Positions 1 to 11,823 of a stretch of DNA of 64,000 nucleotides are shown piece after piece. Source of the stretch: Vibrionaceae bacterium (GTDB lineage Bacteria; Pseudomonadota; Gammaproteobacteria; Enterobacterales; Vibrionaceae); NCBI GenBank assembly GCA_051650965.1, contig JBOFRL010000097.1:405-64404 (forward strand), read 5' to 3'. Within the stretch, counting starts at the first letter, position 1, and each line of letters starts with the position of its first letter. Both the position numbers and the translations under genes were made by a program. The notes beneath the pieces were generated by a model. It did no database searches and was not told where the DNA came from. It was given only the letters and a program-made list of their open reading frames with translations.

Positions 1-22
1 TAGGGTAATAGGGTAAGTTAAT

Positions 23-508
23 ATGTCAGATATTCCTTCTTCTGTAGATGTGATCGTAAGTGCTGAGACAGCTGCACAAGCATCGGTTTCTGTATGGCCG
101 TATGTTTTAGGCGTGCTCGTGGTGATTGCGATCGCGTGTTATTTTGGTTACAAAAAATTAAATCGCCCCAGCGTGCTGATCAAGCAGATCCGCAAAAAGA
201 ATCTAAAAGCCCTTGAAAAACAAGGGGTTGAAAGCAATGAGGCGCTAGCGGATCTGGATCGTCTATTAACCTCGGTTGAGCGCTATGCGACGCAAAAATC
301 ATTGACCGGTACGCAAACTTTACGTTTTTTAGCGCCGCTTAACGATAAAGATCGCATCAAAACGGCCAAAGATATGTATAACGCGTTGTATAAAATCGCG
401 TTGGATGTTGAAGATCAGCGTCTTGCTGCAGAGTTTAAATCTCGCGGCGCCAATGTAAAGGCCAGTTCGCGCTTGATGACAGGGCTTTTAAAACGCGCAG
501 GCGTGTAA
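23..508 (+). CDS. Hypothetical single-pass membrane protein (161 aa)
   Basis: ATG at 23. One hydrophobic segment (VWPYVLGVLVVIAIACYFGY) followed by KK, then a helical soluble domain. Ends just before a bidirectional terminator. No family recognised. Confidence 0.7.
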   Translation: MSDIPSSVDVIVSAETAAQASVSVWPYVLGVLVVIAIACYFGYKKLNRPSVLIKQIRKKNLKALEKQGVESNEALADLDRLLTSVERYATQKSLTGTQTLRFLAPLNDKDRIKTAKDMYNALYKIALDVEDQRLAAEFKSRGANVKASSRLMTGLLKRAGV

Positions 509-525
509 GCTTTTTGCCAGTCAAT

Positions 526-554
526 AAAAAAGTGCAGCGGATGCTGCACTTTTT
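526..554. terminator. Bidirectional intrinsic terminator between the 161-aa ORF and metG
   Basis: AAAAAAGTGCAGC-GGAT-GCTGCACTTTTT hairpin with A/T tracts on both sides, between convergent genes. Confidence 0.8.
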
Positions 555-586
555 GTTTTAGGGCGCTTAGCTTTTGCATTTTTGCC

Positions 587-2626
587 TTACAAAATGCGCA
601 TGCCTTCTTTCGCGCCAGCGTGTGGCTCAAGTAGCCAAATATCGCTGCCGCCAGGGCCTGCCGCGAGTACCATCGCTTCAGATACGCCAAATTTCATCTT
701 TCTTGGCTGCAAGTTGGCAACAATCACGGTGTATTTTCCAATAAGATCAGATGGCTGGTAAGCGCTGCGGATCCCTGAAAACACTTGCCGCGTTTCATTG
801 CCTAAGTCGACCTGCAATTTTAATAATTTATCTGACTTTTCAACGACTTCACACGCGATGATTTTTGCTACGCGCAGATCCACCTTGGCAAAATCATTAA
901 ATTCAATTGCTGGCGCGATAGGCTCAAAATCGCTGGTTTGAGGCTGTGACTCGGCCTGTGTCGCGATAGGCGCCATTTCTGCTTTAGAAGCCTCAACCAT
1001 AGCGGTGGTTTGATCCGCGGTAATGCGGGTAAACAGCGAGTTAAATGAATTGAGCTCGTGCGAGATCAGTGGCGTTTTAATATTTTCAAAATCAACGACT
1101 TGATTCAAAAATTGCTCACTGCGCTGCGCCAGTTTTGGCATGACCGGCTTCAAATAGCACAGCAAAACGCGATACAGGTTAATGCCCATTGAGCAGATGG
1201 CGTGCAATTTTGCTTCTTCGCCCTCTTGTTTTGCTACAACCCACGGCGCTTGCTCGTCGATATATTGGTTAGCTAGATCAGCAAGTTGCATTATTTTGCG
1301 GATAGCTTGGCCAAATTCGCGCTGCTCGTAGTAGTTTGCGACAACTGTCGCGGCGTCCACAAACTGTTGATAAAGCTTGGGATCGGCGCACGTTGGGCTA
1401 AGTTTATTGGCAAAACGCTTTTGCAAGAAACCGGCATTGCGCGAGGCAAGGTTGACCAGCTTGTTGACCACGTCGGCGTTGACGCGCTGCACAAAGTCGT
1501 CGAGATTAAGGTCGAGATCATCGATGCGGCTGTTGAGTTTTGCGGCATAATAGTAGCGCAGGCACTCTGGGTCGAGGTGCTCAAGGTAGGTGCTTGCCTT
1601 GATAAATGTCCCTTTCGATTTAGACATTTTTGCACCATTAACAGTCACATAGCCGTGGACAAACACTTTGCTCGGCTTTCTAAATCCTGCGCCCTCAAGC
1701 ATTGCCGGCCAAAATAGGCTGTGAAAATAGACAATGTCTTTGCCTATAAAGTGGTACAGCTCAGCTTGGCTATCTTTCTTCCAATATTCGTCAAAGTCGA
1801 TGCTGGGATTTTTGTCGCAGTAGTTTTTAAACGATCCCATGTAGCCAATTGGCGCATCGAGCCAAACGTAGAAGAATTTGTCTTTTTCATCAGGAATTTC
1901 AAAGCCAAAGTAGGGGGCGTCGCGCGAAATGTCCCATTGCTGCAGGCCGCTCGCTAGCCACTCTTTCATTTTGTTGGCGGTTTCATCTTGCAGCGTGCCG
2001 CTGGCTATCCAGTTTGTCAGCATCGACTCAAATTGCGGCAGGTCGAAAAAGAAGTGCACGGACTCTTTTAACACTGGCGTCGCGCCGCTGACGGCCGATT
2101 TGGGCTCGATAAGCTCGGTTGGGCTGTAAGTTTCGCCGCAAGTGTCGCAGTTGTCGCCGTATTGATCAGGCGCTTTACATTTTGGGCAGGTGCCTTTGAC
2201 AAAACGGTCGGGCAAAAACATCTGCTTTTGCGGATCAAACAGCTGCGAAATGGTGCGGTTTTTAATGTAGCCGCTTGATTTTAATTGGTTATAAATGAAT
2301 GTCGCCAGTGCTTTATTTTCAGGGCTGTGCGTGCTGTGATAGTTATCAAAACTGATATCAAATCGTGCAAAATCATGCTCATGCTCGGCTTGAATGGCGG
2401 CGATCATCGCTTCTGGCTCAATCCCCATCTGCTGCGCTTTGAGCATGATCGGCGTGCCGTGCGCATCGTCAGCGCAGATAAAATGGACGGTGTTTCCCTG
2501 TAGGCGCTGGTAGCGCACCCAAATGTCAGCTTGAATATGCTCTAACATGTGGCCGAGGTGAATGGAGCCATTGGCGTAGGGAAGTGCGCAAGTAACTAAT
2601 ATTTGCCGAGAATTTGCCGTTGTCAT
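587..2626 (-). CDS. metG: Methionine--tRNA ligase
   Basis: HIGH-type motif (IHLGH), Zn-knuckle (CPKC...CDTC), KMSKS and a C-terminal tRNA-binding domain. Start moved from 2638 to the ATG at 2626 ([12 protein letters not shown]). Confidence 0.98.
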   Translation of the reverse strand: MTTANSRQILVTCALPYANGSIHLGHMLEHIQADIWVRYQRLQGNTVHFICADDAHGTPIMLKAQQMGIEPEAMIAAIQAEHEHDFARFDISFDNYHSTHSPENKALATFIYNQLKSSGYIKNRTISQLFDPQKQMFLPDRFVKGTCPKCKAPDQYGDNCDTCGETYSPTELIEPKSAVSGATPVLKESVHFFFDLPQFESMLTNWIASGTLQDETANKMKEWLASGLQQWDISRDAPYFGFEIPDEKDKFFYVWLDAPIGYMGSFKNYCDKNPSIDFDEYWKKDSQAELYHFIGKDIVYFHSLFWPAMLEGAGFRKPSKVFVHGYVTVNGAKMSKSKGTFIKASTYLEHLDPECLRYYYAAKLNSRIDDLDLNLDDFVQRVNADVVNKLVNLASRNAGFLQKRFANKLSPTCADPKLYQQFVDAATVVANYYEQREFGQAIRKIMQLADLANQYIDEQAPWVVAKQEGEEAKLHAICSMGINLYRVLLCYLKPVMPKLAQRSEQFLNQVVDFENIKTPLISHELNSFNSLFTRITADQTTAMVEASKAEMAPIATQAESQPQTSDFEPIAPAIEFNDFAKVDLRVAKIIACEVVEKSDKLLKLQVDLGNETRQVFSGIRSAYQPSDLIGKYTVIVANLQPRKMKFGVSEAMVLAAGPGGSDIWLLEPHAGAKEGMRIL

Positions 2627-2754
2627 AAATAAAATCACAATTTAAAGGCGGAAAAATGTGGGAAAATTTTACCTGATCGCTGCAAACTTGTCATACTTTG
2701 TGCGGCTTGTTACTCGCTGATTTGCCCCTTTCATTGATAAATCAGATATTTTTA

Positions 2755-2783
2755 TGGCACGTAGCCGGCTAACTCCTTATAAT
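2755..2783 (+). promoter_or_regulatory. Putative sigma70 promoter for udk-asmA
   Basis: TGGCAC-17 bp-TATAAT, about 37 bp upstream of the udk ATG. Confidence 0.45.
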
Positions 2784-2820
2784 TCGCGGCGTTTATTTTT
2801 TGGCTGTCTTGGGAACTATT

Positions 2821-3462
2821 ATGAGTGACGATCAGCGATGTGTGATCATCGGTATTGCCGGCGCATCTGCTTCAGGAAAAAGTCTATTAGCACGAACCAT
2901 ATATAATGAGCTAAGGGCTAAAGTGGGTGATCATCAAATCGATGTGATCACTGAAGATTGCTATTACCATGATCAAAGTCATTTGAGTATGGAAGAGCGC
3001 GTTAAAACCAACTACGACCATCCGCAAGCGCTCGACCATGATCTTTTGTGTCAGCACCTTGAAGAGCTGATTGCCGGACGCGCCGTGAATGTACCGCAGT
3101 ACAGCTACTCTGAGCACACACGCATGGCGCAAACGACCTATCTGACGCCAAAAAGGGTGATCATTTTAGAGGGAATTTTGCTCTTGAATGACCCGCGCCT
3201 GCGCAAGCTAATGCACGCCTCGATTTTCATGGATACGCCGCTTGATATCTGCTTGATGCGCCGTATGCAGCGCGATATTTTAGAGCGCGGCCGCTCGCTT
3301 GAGTCCGTGATCGAGCAGTATCAAAAAACCGTGCGCCCGATGTTCATGCAGTTCATTGAACCTTCTAAGCAGTACGCCGATATTATCGTACCGCGCGGCG
3401 GCAAAAATCGCATCGCTATCGATGTGTTAAAAGCGCATATTTCGCGACTTTTAAAAGGTTGA
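2821..3462 (+). CDS. udk: Uridine kinase
   Basis: P-loop [12 protein letters not shown] and TNYDHP motifs, and C-terminal [19 protein letters not shown] at 2821 preferred over TTG at 2800. Confidence 0.97.
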   Translation: MSDDQRCVIIGIAGASASGKSLLARTIYNELRAKVGDHQIDVITEDCYYHDQSHLSMEERVKTNYDHPQALDHDLLCQHLEELIAGRAVNVPQYSYSEHTRMAQTTYLTPKRVIILEGILLLNDPRLRKLMHASIFMDTPLDICLMRRMQRDILERGRSLESVIEQYQKTVRPMFMQFIEPSKQYADIIVPRGGKNRIAIDVLKAHISRLLKG

Positions 3463-3619
3463 TCGTTTCAACCATTTGTTTTCTATATAAATCGTGCGTT
3501 ATGGATGACGCTCCTTTCATTTTACTGCGCGTAAACCGCTTTTAACGTACGGTTTAAGCTGTAATATCAGAAAAAATCCGCTACTCTTGCAATTTGTTCA
3601 AACAATTACGGAGGCGGAT

Positions 3620-5887
3620 ATGTTAAAAAAATTCGCTTATTTGTTATTGATCATGATGTCGCTGGTTTTCGCAGTGGTTGCCGGCGTACTGTATTGGATC
3701 GATCCAAATGACTTTAAACCACTTATAACTCAAGAAGTTAAAAAGCAGCTGGGACGTGATCTTGTGATCGGCGGCGATATTGGCTGGACCTTTTGGCCAA
3801 CGCTTGGTCTTTCGGTCGAGCAAGTGTCGCTCAATAACCCAGAAGGATTTTTGGAGCCTGCGCTGCTAAGCGTTGGGCAAGCTAAATTGCAGGTCGCAGT
3901 GCGTCCGCTGCTGCGCCAGCAGCTCGATGTTGAGCAGATAAGTTTGCATGGCGCGCGCATTTTTGTGCAGACGCTCGCCGATGGACGCACTAACCTCGAT
4001 GGCCTTGGCAAAGCTAAAGAGGCCGCAGAGCCGGCAGCTGCGGCAAATACGTCGCCAGCATCATCCGCAGGACAAGCGCCACAAGTTGAGCCAAATACCC
4101 CCGCCCAAAGCAGCGCACAGCCTGCTAGCGCGCCACAAGAAAAAGGTGACGCCAAGCCTTGGAAGCTGCGCATTGGTGAAATCGATATCCAAAACGCCAG
4201 CGTAGTCATTCGTGATGACAAGGACGGTCAGCTAACGCAATTGACTGATTTTGATTTTAATTTGGCGCAATTCGCGCTTGATGAGTGGAGCAACATTAAT
4301 TTTGCGCTCAGCGCGTTGCAAAATAATTTAAGTGTGACGGCGCAGGGCCGCGGCCAGTTAAGGCTTGCCGCCGATCCGCAGCGCTCTGAGCTGCAGGGGT
4401 TGACCCTTTCGGCGAAGGCGACAGATCCGACTCAAAACATCGCGTTAGAGTTGGGAACTATTGCCATCGACCAGTTTGCGCTCGCAAAACCTGCAAAAGT
4501 GACCTTGACGGCCAAGGGCGATTTTTCTGCGGTAAAAATGGATACCAACGCCAATTTCACTTTGCAGATTGATGAGCTGATGAAAAACGTCGCGCTGCGG
4601 GCGCTGCACGTCACAAGCAACATGAGCGGCGCTAAAGTGCCGGGCAACGCGCTGACTGTTACGCTTGATAGCGATATTGCGTTTGATGTTGAGCAAAAGA
4701 AATTGGATGTGACGCAATTTACGCTCGCGGCTGAGCAGACGAAGTTGAGCGGCAAAGCGTCGGTGCTGCTGGCGCAAAAGCCAGCCATCGCTTTTGTGAT
4801 CAATAGTGACGAGCTAGATCTTGATCCTTGGCTGAAAAAACTCAGCGAGCTTACTGCGGCACAAAGTGGCGCGGCACCGGCTCAAACCAGCCAAACCGCA
4901 GCAGTGCCTGCGCAAAGTAGCGCGCCAGCGGGCGATACAGCGCCAAATCAAGCGCAAACCAGCTCGCAAACTGCTGCGGCGCCAAAAGTGGCCTCTGAGC
5001 AAGAGCCTGATCTGAGCGCGTTAAGAGCAGTGGATGTCGCAGGCTCCTTAAATATCAAAAAGCTGATTGCGCACAACGTTAAAGTCTCTGATCTGAAATT
5101 TGCCTTTGGCATAAAAAATGATCGCGCCAAAATTGACGAGCTGACCGCCAAACTTTACGGCGGCACGCTTGTAGCGCACGCGCAGCTCGATCTTGACAAG
5201 CAGCCGGTCACTTACAAAGTCAGCAAAAAGTTAAATGATGTGATGATTGAGCCGCTCATTTTTGATCTTAGTCAGCAAAAAATTCTTGCCGGAAAGGGCA
5301 GCATTAACGTTGATCTTAAAGGCGCGGGTCTTTCTCAGCAAAAATTGCTCTCGGGGCTGCTTGGCGACATCGAGTTAAAGCTCGCCGATGGCGCAATTTA
5401 TGGGATCAACATTGTTGAGGTGCTCAAAGAGGCCAAAGCTGCGCTTAAAGGGGAGACGGTGGCTAAATCGCAGGCGGAGCCGAAAACCGAGTTTAGCGAT
5501 CTCTATGGCAAATTTAAGCTCGAAAAAGGGGTGGCACGTACAAACGATCTCCACTTTAATTCGCCGCTGCTGCGCATCAAAAGCCAAGGTGAAACCAATC
5601 TTATTACCCAAGAGATGAATTTTCGCGTCAGCAGCACCGTGGTTGATTTGAGTAAGCAAGATCTTAATGAGCTCAAAGGGCTGACTATCCCTGTTGTGGT
5701 GGATGGCAACTGGTTTAAGCCGCGCTACCGGCTTGATCTTAAAGCGCTATTGACCAACAACCGTGCGATCACGGAGAAAATTCGCGATCAGGCGCAAAAA
5801 GGTATCGATAAGCTTTTTGGCGACAACAAGAAAAATGAAGAGATCAAAAAAGCGACCAGCGATCTGTTAAATAATTTGTTTAACTGA
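3620..5887 (+). CDS. asmA: AsmA family outer membrane assembly / lipid transfer protein
   Basis: N-terminal TM followed by DPNDFKPLI...GDIGWTFWP, typical of AsmA; follows udk. ATG at 3620 has a GGAGG RBS. Confidence 0.92.
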   Translation: MLKKFAYLLLIMMSLVFAVVAGVLYWIDPNDFKPLITQEVKKQLGRDLVIGGDIGWTFWPTLGLSVEQVSLNNPEGFLEPALLSVGQAKLQVAVRPLLRQQLDVEQISLHGARIFVQTLADGRTNLDGLGKAKEAAEPAAAANTSPASSAGQAPQVEPNTPAQSSAQPASAPQEKGDAKPWKLRIGEIDIQNASVVIRDDKDGQLTQLTDFDFNLAQFALDEWSNINFALSALQNNLSVTAQGRGQLRLAADPQRSELQGLTLSAKATDPTQNIALELGTIAIDQFALAKPAKVTLTAKGDFSAVKMDTNANFTLQIDELMKNVALRALHVTSNMSGAKVPGNALTVTLDSDIAFDVEQKKLDVTQFTLAAEQTKLSGKASVLLAQKPAIAFVINSDELDLDPWLKKLSELTAAQSGAAPAQTSQTAAVPAQSSAPAGDTAPNQAQTSSQTAAAPKVASEQEPDLSALRAVDVAGSLNIKKLIAHNVKVSDLKFAFGIKNDRAKIDELTAKLYGGTLVAHAQLDLDKQPVTYKVSKKLNDVMIEPLIFDLSQQKILAGKGSINVDLKGAGLSQQKLLSGLLGDIELKLADGAIYGINIVEVLKEAKAALKGETVAKSQAEPKTEFSDLYGKFKLEKGVARTNDLHFNSPLLRIKSQGETNLITQEMNFRVSSTVVDLSKQDLNELKGLTIPVVVDGNWFKPRYRLDLKALLTNNRAITEKIRDQAQKGIDKLFGDNKKNEEIKKATSDLLNNLFN

Positions 5888-5902
5888 TTTTTGCTCTCGG
5901 TG

Positions 5903-5930
5903 AAAAAGCATGCCTCGGCATGCTTTTTTT
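5903..5930. terminator. Bidirectional terminator asmA/cobO
   Basis: AAAAAGCATGCC-TC-GGCATGCTTTTTTT. Confidence 0.8.
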
Positions 5931-5958
5931 ATGTTGAAAATCGCGGAAGCGTTTTGTT

Positions 5959-6546
5959 TTACCAATCAATGCCTTGTCTTGCCTTAATTTGCGCATCAAA
6001 AGCGTGTTTGACGTTGCGCACTTCGCTGACGGTGTCCGCCATCTCCAGCAGCGTGCGATGGGCGGCGCGGCCGGTGATGATCACCGATTGCGTCGCGGGG
6101 CGCTGCGTTAAGCTTTGCACCACATCCTCAAGCTCCAGATAGCCGTAGGTGATCATGTAGGTGAGCTCATCGAGCAGCACCACATCAACGGTCGGGTCAC
6201 TTAGCACCGTTTTACACTGCTGCCACACTTGCTGCGCCGCCAGCGTGTCACTCGCTTTATCCTGCGTCTCCCACGTAAAGCCGGTGTTCATGACAAAAAA
6301 AGTGACGCCATGCGCCTGCAGCAAATTGCGTTCGCCGCACGGCCAATCGCCTTTAATAAACTGTGCGACCGCGCAGCGCTGCCCGTGGCCACAGGCGCGC
6401 GCAATCATGCCGAATGCGGAGGAGCTTTTGCCTTTGCCGTTGCCGGTTAAGACCAACAGTAGCCCTTTTTCGATGTGGGCCTGCTTGATCTGAGCGTCGA
6501 CGTGCGCTTTTAGTTTTTGTTGTCGTTCCTTATGGTTATCTCTCAT
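5959..6546 (-). CDS. cobO: Cob(I)yrinic acid a,c-diamide adenosyltransferase (CobO/BtuR)
   Basis: TGNGKGKSSSAFG P-loop, QFIKG, VLLDE, IITGR and KHAF...G motifs. Start MRDNHKERQQ at 6546 preferred. Confidence 0.95.
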   Translation of the reverse strand: MRDNHKERQQKLKAHVDAQIKQAHIEKGLLLVLTGNGKGKSSSAFGMIARACGHGQRCAVAQFIKGDWPCGERNLLQAHGVTFFVMNTGFTWETQDKASDTLAAQQVWQQCKTVLSDPTVDVVLLDELTYMITYGYLELEDVVQSLTQRPATQSVIITGRAAHRTLLEMADTVSEVRNVKHAFDAQIKARQGIDW

Positions 6547-6613
6547 TTTCGGCTCGATGTAAAAAATGTAATAAAAAAGCAGCCGGCTGGCTGCTCTTAA
6601 GGGGATTGTAAGC

Positions 6614-9600
6614 TTACTCAGGGCTGGCAAGCTCTGGCGCTGGCGTTACCGGCTGGCGCTGGTGGCTAGCAAAGCCGCGTAGCCCCACAACGTGCACATG
6701 CTCTTTATCATTCAAGATCTTACGCACCAGTTTATAGGTCGTGCCTTGCTCCGGACTGATATTCTCAGGCGCGGCGATCAAAAGTTGCATGTCCAGTCTA
6801 TCGCAAAGCTCAAACAAGGTCGCGATGGATTTGCTATCAAGGCGCGCAGCTTCGTCCAAGAACAATAAGCGGCACGGCACAAGATCGCTGGCACGCAGGC
6901 GGCGCGACTCTTCTTCCCAGCTTTGCACAACCATGAGCAAAATCGCCTGTCCGGTACCAATCGCCTCGCCGGTCGAAAGCGCGCCCGATTCGGCTTGCAG
7001 CCAACCATCGGCACCGCGATTCACCTCAATGCCAAGCTCAAGATAGTTGCGATAATCAAGCAGCTCCTCGCCAAACGCCTGCGCCGAGCGCTGTCCTAGC
7101 TCGATGTGCGGGTTTAGACGTTGGAAGAGTTTGGCCATCGCCTGTGAGAACGACAAACGCTGATCGCCAAACAGATCTTGATGTTGCTCGGCTTGCTCGC
7201 ACAGTCCCATAAGCAGGCTTGCGTGCGTTTCGCGAATTTGCGTGGTGAGACGCACGCCTTTTACTTGTCCAAACAAGATGTTAGACAAACCTTGGTTGAG
7301 CTGACGGATGCGGTTTTGCTCGCGCTGAATGGTTTTGCGAATGATATTGGCCACCGAGTCTGAGCTTATCGCCAGCTTTTTCTCGCGTGACGTGAGCTCT
7401 TCGGTCAAACGCGCCAGCTCCACTTCCATCTCTTCGATGGCTTCGATCGGATCGTCAGTGCGAATGATGTCTTGGCGGATCCGCTCGCGCAGGTGCTGGT
7501 AAACGGCCACGTAAAAGAGCACTTTGCACTCAGGTTTGGCCAGATCTTCGGACGCGCGCAGCGCATCGCGCAGCGTTTCGTTATCTGCCACAACTTGGCG
7601 CAGCGTGCCGAGCGATTTGTCCGACAGCGAGCGCAGCTCGTTGCTTGAAAGGTAAGTCATTTCACGGCGCGTAAGCTGTTTAGCGACGCCATTTTGCTTC
7701 GCGATGCTCAGCACATCGACCCAGCCTGCTTTTGACTGCACCACAAATTTACGCAGATCAAGGTACTCTTTGCGCCCTTTTTTGAGCTGCTTGATGGCCG
7801 TTTTAAGCTCAATTTCGGTGGTCGCAAGCGCTTTTTCTAGCGTCTTGCTGCGCTCACGTAGCGTGGTAAGCTCTTGATAAAGTCGTGATTTTTTCTCGTT
7901 GGCTTCGTGGAGTGTATCGTTATCGACATGAATTTTTAACTCGTTAAATTCACGCAAAAACTCTTGCAGCGTCTCTTGCTTGGCTTGATAGGTGCTTTTA
8001 AGCGCGGCAAGCTGCTGCTGATCGTGGTTGTGACGCGCGCGTAGCGTTTTGAGCTGCTCACGGCCTTGGTCACGCGCTTTTTCGGCAACCATCAATTTGG
8101 CATTAAGCTGCTGATCTAGCTGGCTGCTTTGCGCCAAAATCGTTTGCGCATCGTGGTAGGTGAAATGGTGCGCGCGTAGCGTCAGTTCATTTAGGGCAAA
8201 TTGCTGATGCTTAAACTGCTGCATCTGCGCGTCAGCTTGTTGATATTCTTGCTCAATGCCGGCGAAAAGCTCAGGGTCGGCGTCAAGGCTTGGCAGCACC
8301 CGCTCAAGCTCGGTAAGCGCCGTTTGGTGCTGCTGCAAAAATTGCTTAGCGTGCTCAAGCTCTTGCATGCGCGCCTTGATCTGCGCCTGCTTGTGCTCAA
8401 GCTCGGTATCTTCAAGTACTTCAATCAGATGCTCAAGTTTACCCAGCAGTTGCAGCGCACTTTTGCAGCGCTCAATTTGGCTTGCCGCTTGCGCGTGCAG
8501 CTCTTGCTGCTGGCGACTTTCGCGTGTGAGCTGTGTTTGCTGATCGCGCAAATTTTTGAGCTGCAGCTCGGGATCTTCAACAAAAGCTATCTGCAAGTGG
8601 TGCGAGAAAAAGTGGTTGAAGCGCTGCGTTAAACGCTGCAAGCGCTGCACGTCAAATGCGGCCTGCGCGTAGCTCTCTTGCACGGCTTCACGCTGCTCGC
8701 GTAGCGCTACTAAGCGGTGCTCGCGCGCCGCACGGCCAAAAATCGCCACTTTCGGGAAACGCGAGTAACGCAGCTGACGGTCGCTGATCTTTACGCACAC
8801 CGCATTTTCAAGCTCGGTAACGTTAAACACGCTCTCATCAAAGCTGTCGGCGTCGCCTTCGATGAGGTAGAGATCGTCTGGGCAGTCGTCTAATGTCAGC
8901 AGATTATCTTGCGCTGCTTTGAGATCTGGCACAACGATAGCGTGGCGCGCAGGGCCGTACAACGCGGAGAAATAAGGCGCGTCGCTAAGCGCAATTTCGT
9001 CATAAATTTCAGAAAGTAGCGTGCCACCGAGCGTGTCGGCGAGCGCTTGCAATTTTGGATCTTCATTGCCGCCTGGCTGGGCTAACTGATTGATCTCTTT
9101 CTCAAGTTGATTTTTTTGCGCCGCCAATTTGTCACGCAAGCTGAGCGTTACGCGCGTATTTTCGGCGGTCTCTTGCATCGCGTCGATGACGCTTTGCTGA
9201 TCGGTGAGCGAAAGTTGCGACTGCTCGCTTAATAACTCAAGCGCATGTTGAGCGGTGCTCCATGCTGGCGAAATCGACTCTAACTGCTTGATCTCTTCCG
9301 CTAATTGCTGCAGGCCGCGGCGCTGCTCGCTCACCGTTTCATGCTGTGATTGCAGCTGCTGCTGCGCTTCTTCAAACAGTAAAGTCTGTTTTTCTTGCTC
9401 AGCGTGCACGTCAAGCACGGTTGCGATCGACGTTTTAAACTGCTGCTGATATTGCGCAGTAAGCTGTTTTGCTTGAGAAAATTGCTGCAATTGGCGCTCA
9501 AGGTAGCGGTGCTGGCCATGAAGATCGCCGCTGTTTTTTATGAGCTGCTGATATTGCAAACCTTGCTGGATCAGCTGCTGCGCTTGGCTGTAAGCCTGCT

Positions 9601-11071
9601 CGCGTGGCGTGTGCGGCGCAATGCTTTGCACGAAAGCAAAACCGCGCTCAAACTGCTTGCTCGCGCTGCGCGAAAGATCGAGGCGGTGTTTAAGCTGCAG
9701 CAGCGTGTTGGTTTTGCTCTCAACGACAGCGTTTAATGCCTCAAGCTGCGCTTTAGCGCTGTGCTCATCGACATCGCTTTGCAAAAGCTCACGCGCTTTA
9801 TCACGCGCTTGAATGGCCTGCTGATATTGCAAAGCGCGCGTCTGCTGGGTGTTGAGCGCTTGCTGATAGTCGGCGAGCTGCGACTTTAAGCTGTCGACCT
9901 CTTCTTCGCTAAGTAGCGTTTGCTCTTCCGTCTCTTGCAGCGCTTGATGGCTCTCTTCAAAAACAAAGGTTTGCTCTTCTAAGCGGCCAACCAGCTCTTG
10001 CAGATCGTCTTGATAACGGTCAATTTTTTCCTGCTGACGCACAGCCGTTTGCACGATTTGCAGGTGATCGCAAGCGGCCTGATAAATCGCCTCGGCGTGC
10101 AGGTGATCGCTGCCAAGCGTGCTGTTTTCATCCGTGAGCTGCTCAAACTGGCACTGCAGATTTTCCACCGCCGTTTGCGCGCTGTGCTGCTCGCCTCTTA
10201 GGCTAAGTACTTGTTTTACTTTGCTGCGTCGCTCGTTGGCGTGGCGCATAAAATCGGCCGCGACATATTGCGTCGCCTGCGTGATCAGCTGCTTGAACAA
10301 GTCGCGATCTTGCTGAGTGATGCGAATGGCCTCAAGCGTCATGCGGTTTTCTTTCAGCGCCATCTCCATGTCTTGGAAGGCTTTTTTCACGCCGCTATTT
10401 TGTGGCAAGAGATAATCGCGCAGCGATTTGGTAATGGCACTGGAAATACCGCCGTATAGCGAAGCTTCAATGAGGCGATAAAACTTGCTGCGATCGGCTT
10501 GATTGCGCAGTTTTTTTGGCAGCACGCCTTGCTCGAACATGAATGAGTGGTAGTCGCTCACCGAGCTAAAGGTTTTAAACTGCACATCGTCATAGCGCGC
10601 AGCGGCTTCTTTGACTTGGCTTAGCTGGCGTACGCGCACTTGCGTCGCGCTGGTCCGCTCAAGCAAAATTTCACTCGGATCAAGCGTGACCGGCAGATTT
10701 TGGATCACAAAGGTTTTGATCTCGACCTTTTTGTCGCGTCCGGCAATTTGCTGCAGATGCACGCCAAACAGCAGGTGCTGCTGGCGCGAGTTAATGACGC
10801 GAATAGCCGAGTAGCAGCTGCCAGGCTTAAGTTTGCCGTGTAGCCCTTTGTCCCTAGAGGCGCTTGAGCTGCCCGCTTCTGTGGTGTTACGAAAATGGAG
10901 CAAGCTTTGGTCGGGAATGAGCGCGGTGATAAGCGCTGCCATAGTGGTTGATTTACCCGCGCCGTTGCCGCCTGAAAGCGTCGTGACCAGCTCATCGAGC
11001 TCAAAAGTGCGAGCAAAAAATCCATTCCAGTTGATCATGGAAAGGGCGTGAAATTTACCGCGCGGATTCAT
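6614..11071 (-). CDS. mukB: Chromosome partition protein MukB
   Basis: N-terminal [19 protein letters not shown], Walker [10 protein letters not shown], long coiled coils and hinge, ALSTGE signature and [10 protein letters not shown]. 1485 aa. Confidence 0.99.
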   Translation of the reverse strand: MNPRGKFHALSMINWNGFFARTFELDELVTTLSGGNGAGKSTTMAALITALIPDQSLLHFRNTTEAGSSSASRDKGLHGKLKPGSCYSAIRVINSRQQHLLFGVHLQQIAGRDKKVEIKTFVIQNLPVTLDPSEILLERTSATQVRVRQLSQVKEAAARYDDVQFKTFSSVSDYHSFMFEQGVLPKKLRNQADRSKFYRLIEASLYGGISSAITKSLRDYLLPQNSGVKKAFQDMEMALKENRMTLEAIRITQQDRDLFKQLITQATQYVAADFMRHANERRSKVKQVLSLRGEQHSAQTAVENLQCQFEQLTDENSTLGSDHLHAEAIYQAACDHLQIVQTAVRQQEKIDRYQDDLQELVGRLEEQTFVFEESHQALQETEEQTLLSEEEVDSLKSQLADYQQALNTQQTRALQYQQAIQARDKARELLQSDVDEHSAKAQLEALNAVVESKTNTLLQLKHRLDLSRSASKQFERGFAFVQSIAPHTPREQAYSQAQQLIQQGLQYQQLIKNSGDLHGQHRYLERQLQQFSQAKQLTAQYQQQFKTSIATVLDVHAEQEKQTLLFEEAQQQLQSQHETVSEQRRGLQQLAEEIKQLESISPAWSTAQHALELLSEQSQLSLTDQQSVIDAMQETAENTRVTLSLRDKLAAQKNQLEKEINQLAQPGGNEDPKLQALADTLGGTLLSEIYDEIALSDAPYFSALYGPARHAIVVPDLKAAQDNLLTLDDCPDDLYLIEGDADSFDESVFNVTELENAVCVKISDRQLRYSRFPKVAIFGRAAREHRLVALREQREAVQESYAQAAFDVQRLQRLTQRFNHFFSHHLQIAFVEDPELQLKNLRDQQTQLTRESRQQQELHAQAASQIERCKSALQLLGKLEHLIEVLEDTELEHKQAQIKARMQELEHAKQFLQQHQTALTELERVLPSLDADPELFAGIEQEYQQADAQMQQFKHQQFALNELTLRAHHFTYHDAQTILAQSSQLDQQLNAKLMVAEKARDQGREQLKTLRARHNHDQQQLAALKSTYQAKQETLQEFLREFNELKIHVDNDTLHEANEKKSRLYQELTTLRERSKTLEKALATTEIELKTAIKQLKKGRKEYLDLRKFVVQSKAGWVDVLSIAKQNGVAKQLTRREMTYLSSNELRSLSDKSLGTLRQVVADNETLRDALRASEDLAKPECKVLFYVAVYQHLRERIRQDIIRTDDPIEAIEEMEVELARLTEELTSREKKLAISSDSVANIIRKTIQREQNRIRQLNQGLSNILFGQVKGVRLTTQIRETHASLLMGLCEQAEQHQDLFGDQRLSFSQAMAKLFQRLNPHIELGQRSAQAFGEELLDYRNYLELGIEVNRGADGWLQAESGALSTGEAIGTGQAILLMVVQSWEEESRRLRASDLVPCRLLFLDEAARLDSKSIATLFELCDRLDMQLLIAAPENISPEQGTTYKLVRKILNDKEHVHVVGLRGFASHQRQPVTPAPELASPE

Positions 11072-11823
11072 AGTAATTCCTCGTTGTACTGTGACGCAGC
11101 GCTAGGCGTAGTCTCGCCTAATTCAGCGCTTTTATTTGATGGAGTGTCGGTTTCGTTAAATAGCGAGCCTTGCGTTGGCGGCTCAGGGTGGAGCACGATT
11201 TCACCGTCGCGAATGAGGCGCAGCTGCGCTTGGCGCGGATCGTCATTGGTGCGCACGTCGGCGCCAAAACGAAAACAGGCTTGGTTGATGCAAAATTTGC
11301 CGCTGTCACCAATTGGCGTGAGCATGCCTAGCTTGCGCAGGCGGCGCAGCGAGGTTTTGACTTTATCAAACAGTTTTTCATGATCAAGATCAGAGCCGCT
11401 CGCGCGCAAATTCACAAGTCTTAGCAGCTTGCTTTTATCGGCCAGTGTGACCAGCTCGTCAAACAGCTCTTGCGCGGTAAAAAGCCCTTCTTGCGCGAGG
11501 CGCTCTGGACTTAAGTATAAGAAACACAACACTTTCCCTACCAGCATGTCGAGCTCAGATAGCACGCTGCGATGGAGAATGGAGGTCGAGCGCGGGCGCA
11601 GGTAGAAAAAGTTTTCTGGCGCGCGCACAAGCTCGGCTTGATAGCGGCTGTAAAACTGTTGCAGCGGCCTTTCAAACTCGCTTAAAAAAGCGTAGTGGTC
11701 GAGATCCTCATTGCCGATATGGCGGCCTGAGCGCAATAAATTGTCCACTTCAGGAAAACAGCGATCCGCAATCGCCTGAGCCAGCTTTTCTGAGATCAGA
11801 TTTTCAGTATTTGTCGATGACAT
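11068..11823 (-). CDS. mukE: Chromosome partition protein MukE
   Basis: [31 protein letters not shown] and FRFGADVR motifs. ATG MSSTN at 11823 overlaps the mukF end by 20 nt. Confidence 0.97.
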   Translation of the reverse strand: MSSTNTENLISEKLAQAIADRCFPEVDNLLRSGRHIGNEDLDHYAFLSEFERPLQQFYSRYQAELVRAPENFFYLRPRSTSILHRSVLSELDMLVGKVLCFLYLSPERLAQEGLFTAQELFDELVTLADKSKLLRLVNLRASGSDLDHEKLFDKVKTSLRRLRKLGMLTPIGDSGKFCINQACFRFGADVRTNDDPRQAQLRLIRDGEIVLHPEPPTQGSLFNETDTPSNKSAELGETTPSAASQYNEELL

